From Alphaproteobacteria bacterium (lineage in GTDB: Bacteria > Pseudomonadota > Alphaproteobacteria > SP197), in contig OZ219747.1 in NCBI GenBank assembly GCA_964291265.2, positions 192,001 to 256,000 on the forward strand: 64,000 nucleotides of DNA, in the 5' to 3' direction. The stretch's first letter is position 1. Every line of letters starts with the position of its first letter. The position numbers and the translations under genes were made by a program. Below the pieces are notes generated by a model, which was not told the origin of the DNA, searched no databases, and saw only the letters and a list, made by a program, of their open reading frames with translations. Shown here one piece after another: positions 62,001 through 64,000 of the stretch.

Positions 62001-62349
62001 TGACCGCAGGAAGCGCCGGCAGCGACTGCGGGTCGTGCGCCAGATGGTAGAGCGTCACCAGCGTATGGGTCTTGCCCCCGCCGTAGGTAAGCTCGAGCTG
62101 GCGGATGGCCTTGGTGTTCCTGCCGGCGAGGCGCAGAGCCACATCGCGCGCGAGTTCCCGCAAGGGGAAGGTCGGATAGGTCAGCGCAAAGAACCGGCCC
62201 GGATCCTCGTAGATCGGCCGCGCGCCCTTCTGCATCGCCACGTCGTGAAGGTCGGCGGCGAAGTCGGCCAGCGAGAGCGCGCCAGTGCGCACATCCTCGC
62301 GCAGTGTCACGACCTCATGCCAGGGCGTCAGGAGTGGTCTTCGTGGCAT
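59032..62349 (-). CDS. DUF499 family AAA+ ATPase (BrxC/PglY-related)
   Basis: LTPWHEVV..REDV....FAADL; FFALTYPT; Walker A YGGGKTH; Walker B LIDE; VLRRRFF; YPFHP; FQRTRGILR. Confidence 0.9.
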   Translation of the reverse strand: MPRRPLLTPWHEVVTLREDVRTGALSLADFAADLHDVAMQKGARPIYEDPGRFFALTYPTFPLRELARDVALRLAGRNTKAIRQLELTYGGGKTHTLVTLYHLAHDPQSLPALPAVKQFRSHIGALLPAARVVALCFDKLDVEKGMEVRDPSGALRWLKHPWSVLAFQLAGEEGLRALHPEGANEERATAPAEPLLAELLSRPQASGLATLVLIDEVLMYAREKAAMEEGWRARLTDFFQYLCQAAVRVDRCALVASLLASDAAKGDALGKQLTQQIFDIFNRQREEGIQPVQKEDVAEVLRRRFFESGSIADPDLFRPHVTAAVANIAGVDETVRKNRTVEEQRFLESYPFHPGLTDIFYAKWTQLDGFQRTRGILRTFAIALRDAEKWDKAPLVGPNVFLSAPGDNALSEAARELAGTATREVTEGAGNVWSAVLEGELEKARVVQGDHPGLKLREMEQAVFAVFLSSQPIGQKAHTPELMALVGAAGPDRIDVEKGMRRWTELSWFLDEAEFADAATLPLAWRLGNRPNLRQMHDDARANRVAVEQVEQVLLGEVRRTKSLTQGAMAAGARVHVLPERPRDIGDDGEFHFAVLGPDAVSDSGRPSAQARCFIDQTTGPDRPRIRRNAVVLVAPSRDGLDAARSSIRDYLGWEEVRRQLDGQTGDPIREGMLATTTEKARKRIPDAVRQAWAIVVAVNEHNDVQAFKITIGAEPLFAVVKADRRARIQETAISAEAMLPDGPYDLWRADEASRRVKDIAGAFAENPKLPKMLRRKDILDTIDRGVRDGVFVASLVRPDGSVRTWWRTPIDEQARSEPALELFLPDKATLSALDPQALAPDVLPELWAGDSIAVVDLAAYFDGGRVVTVQREGYAEQVGIPACPRAAVETAVVEAVGQGVLWLVNGPASFQGEPVPPGILSDSAELRAPLQPLPVNRLTKESAPEAWKDGQTSALALSVALSTQDGAPLPWAILRQAINDALNVRWLALAPGSSTWPCSAADAATVMLLQRPEHTVLEDSTTSAPVRKGLHVGAADLELSELQDLVEALPEVRIAAAGVSLRFHLRMTLGDGDKPHAETAVSINDILSRADLSLRLSGTEEPDG

Positions 62350-62369
62350 GTCGTCCTCTCTCGTTGGGT

Positions 62370-62930
62370 TCAGGCGGTAGCGAGGCGCCGGGCGAGCGCA
62401 TCGAAGTCCTCAGGGCACTTGCGCCGGATCGCGGCAATGTTGCGCGCCGCTTCCTCGCCAAGCGCCTTGCGGCCGCCGCCGGGACCGTCGGCGACGCCGC
62501 GTTGCCTGGCCAGCGGCTCGAAGTATCGTTCCTTGACCTGAACCTCCTCGCGAAGCCGTGTCCACTGCCATCCCCTAGGCAGGTTCAGACCGGCAAGCGC
62601 CCAGGTCTCGATTTCCTCCCAGGCGTTCTCGGCGAACAGGCGGCAATCGCTCCTGAACGCCTTTTCGATCTGGGTCAGTCGCGCACGCCGCCCCGTGTCG
62701 CCATCGCGATCAACACAAAGGACGAAGACATCCGTCATGCCGCGATGCTGGTCCACGACCTCCCGGATACGATCGATTTTCAGCGCCTCGCCGACGCCGC
62801 CGAGCAACGGGTCCCGGCACACCCGGATCCGCGTGCGCCTGCGCCCCAGGTGGACGAACAGCCTCTCGAACAGGGGTTTCAGCAGGTACTGATCGTTGCG
62901 GAAGTCCTCGGGAATGACAAGAATGTTCAT
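62370..62930 (-). CDS. TOPRIM-like protein (DUF4276/RloB-like partner of an ABC ATPase)
   Basis: ILVIPED (beta1 acidic residue), VDRDGD (DxD) and EEIETW. ATGA overlap with the ATPase stop. Confidence 0.7.
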   Translation of the reverse strand: MNILVIPEDFRNDQYLLKPLFERLFVHLGRRRTRIRVCRDPLLGGVGEALKIDRIREVVDQHRGMTDVFVLCVDRDGDTGRRARLTQIEKAFRSDCRLFAENAWEEIETWALAGLNLPRGWQWTRLREEVQVKERYFEPLARQRGVADGPGGGRKALGEEAARNIAAIRRKCPEDFDALARRLATA

Positions 62931-64000
62931 TCTGGACCTCCCTCTCCACCGCCCTGGGTGAAGGCGACGGCGGTCTCCATCCAGCCCCCGGCGTGCAGGC
63001 GGCCCAACCCCTGGGTGTCCCGCAGGTTCTCGACATCGGGCAGGTCGGCGACCGGGCGGATCACGGCATCCTCCGTATCCTCCGAGCGGCAGACGACGGA
63101 CATGTTGCGGAACGTGTCGCCGTTCACCATGGAGAGCAGTTCGGGCGAATGGGTCGTGGTGATGACCTGCACCGTACCCTTCCCGGTCTGGCGTTCGATC
63201 AGATCGACCAGCAGATGAAGCCGCGACGGGTGGATGCCGTTGTCGATCTCCTCGAAGAAATAGAGGCCCGCCGACGCTTCATCGAGCAGCGCCGCCAGCA
63301 TGGCAAGGAAACGCAGGGTGCCGTCCGATGCGCTGTAGGCGGAAATCCCTCTTCCGTTTCTCTCGCGGATCGCGAGTTGCACCAGTCCGGTCGTGGGATC
63401 GCGCGGAAACTCGAAGCCTTCCACGTCCATCGGCGTCAGTTCGCGAACCCAGTCGAACAAGACCTCCCTCTTCCCTTCGTCGGCGCAGATTTTCTGCAGC
63501 ACCGTGGGGAGATTCTCGCCGCTGTCTCCGAGCGTCACCAAGCCGGGAAAAGCGGGCTTGCGCATGAGGTCGGGGATCGGATCGAGAAAGCGGCAACGCC
63601 CCAGTAGATTCGCCAGCTCCCTGGCTCGGTCCTTGTGCGCACGGGCCACATGCCCGACGCCTTGAATCTGGGTCAAGGCAGGCTGATCCCGTCTGACAGC
63701 GATTCGGTGGCCATATTTACGCTGGGCGCCGGTTTTCCCCATGCGAAGCAGCAGCTGGGCATCGTCGTCCTGTTCGCAAAGGGGGTCGGGCGGCTGCGGA
63801 CGGCTCGTATAGACAAGCTCATCCATGGCATGGAGTTCCTCGAACTCGACCCGAAAGCCGTCTTGACTGTCGAACCTCGCTCCGATGCGATAGGCGGCGA
63901 TCGATTCGTCCGCCAACCTTGCATCGAGCTCGATGGACAGCGCTCGCTGTCCCAGGCGAACGAGTTCGTTGGCCCCGCCGCGAATCGGTTCCCATTCGAC
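62927..64000 (-). CDS. ABC-type (AAA_21/OLD-like) ATPase, 5' end beyond the window
   Basis: Frame is open to the window edge (WEPIRGG); signature SDGTLR; Walker B/D-loop FFEEIDNGIHP; H-loop TTHSP. Confidence 0.9.
   Translation of the reverse strand, partial: VEWEPIRGGANELVRLGQRALSIELDARLADESIAAYRIGARFDSQDGFRVEFEELHAMDELVYTSRPQPPDPLCEQDDDAQLLLRMGKTGAQRKYGHRIAVRRDQPALTQIQGVGHVARAHKDRARELANLLGRCRFLDPIPDLMRKPAFPGLVTLGDSGENLPTVLQKICADEGKREVLFDWVRELTPMDVEGFEFPRDPTTGLVQLAIRERNGRGISAYSASDGTLRFLAMLAALLDEASAGLYFFEEIDNGIHPSRLHLLVDLIERQTGKGTVQVITTTHSPELLSMVNGDTFRNMSVVCRSEDTEDAVIRPVADLPDVENLRDTQGLGRLHAGGWMETAVAFTQGGGEGGPE

Overview
GC-rich alphaproteobacterial chromosomal segment, probably Rhodospirillales-like (inferred from the fdxA-carD, hemC-hemD-mic60-hemY and argH-lptM-lysA-DUF4175-ftsEX-plsC-nrdJ syntenies). 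Positions 1-50 kb are mostly core and catabolic genes plus tRNA-Thr(CGT). Their spacers carry decayed mobile DNA: two tnpB relics, an RT-deleted group II intron, a partial tandem gene duplication and a small inverted-repeat element found at three loci. From about 50.1 kb the window is an accessory island. It holds an integrase relic, ISAzo13, a modular RTX protein whose promoter spacer contains a G12 tract, IS66/DUF4338 and other IS relics, and an intact IS1380. It ends with the 3' part of a probable defence operon (ABC ATPase, TOPRIM-like protein, DUF499 ATPase) that runs off the window edge. Best leads are the defence operon, the slippage-type RTX promoter, an orphan nucleoid-protein-like gene, the MITE-like family and the mini group II intron. 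All family calls come from motif recognition by eye; no searches were run.
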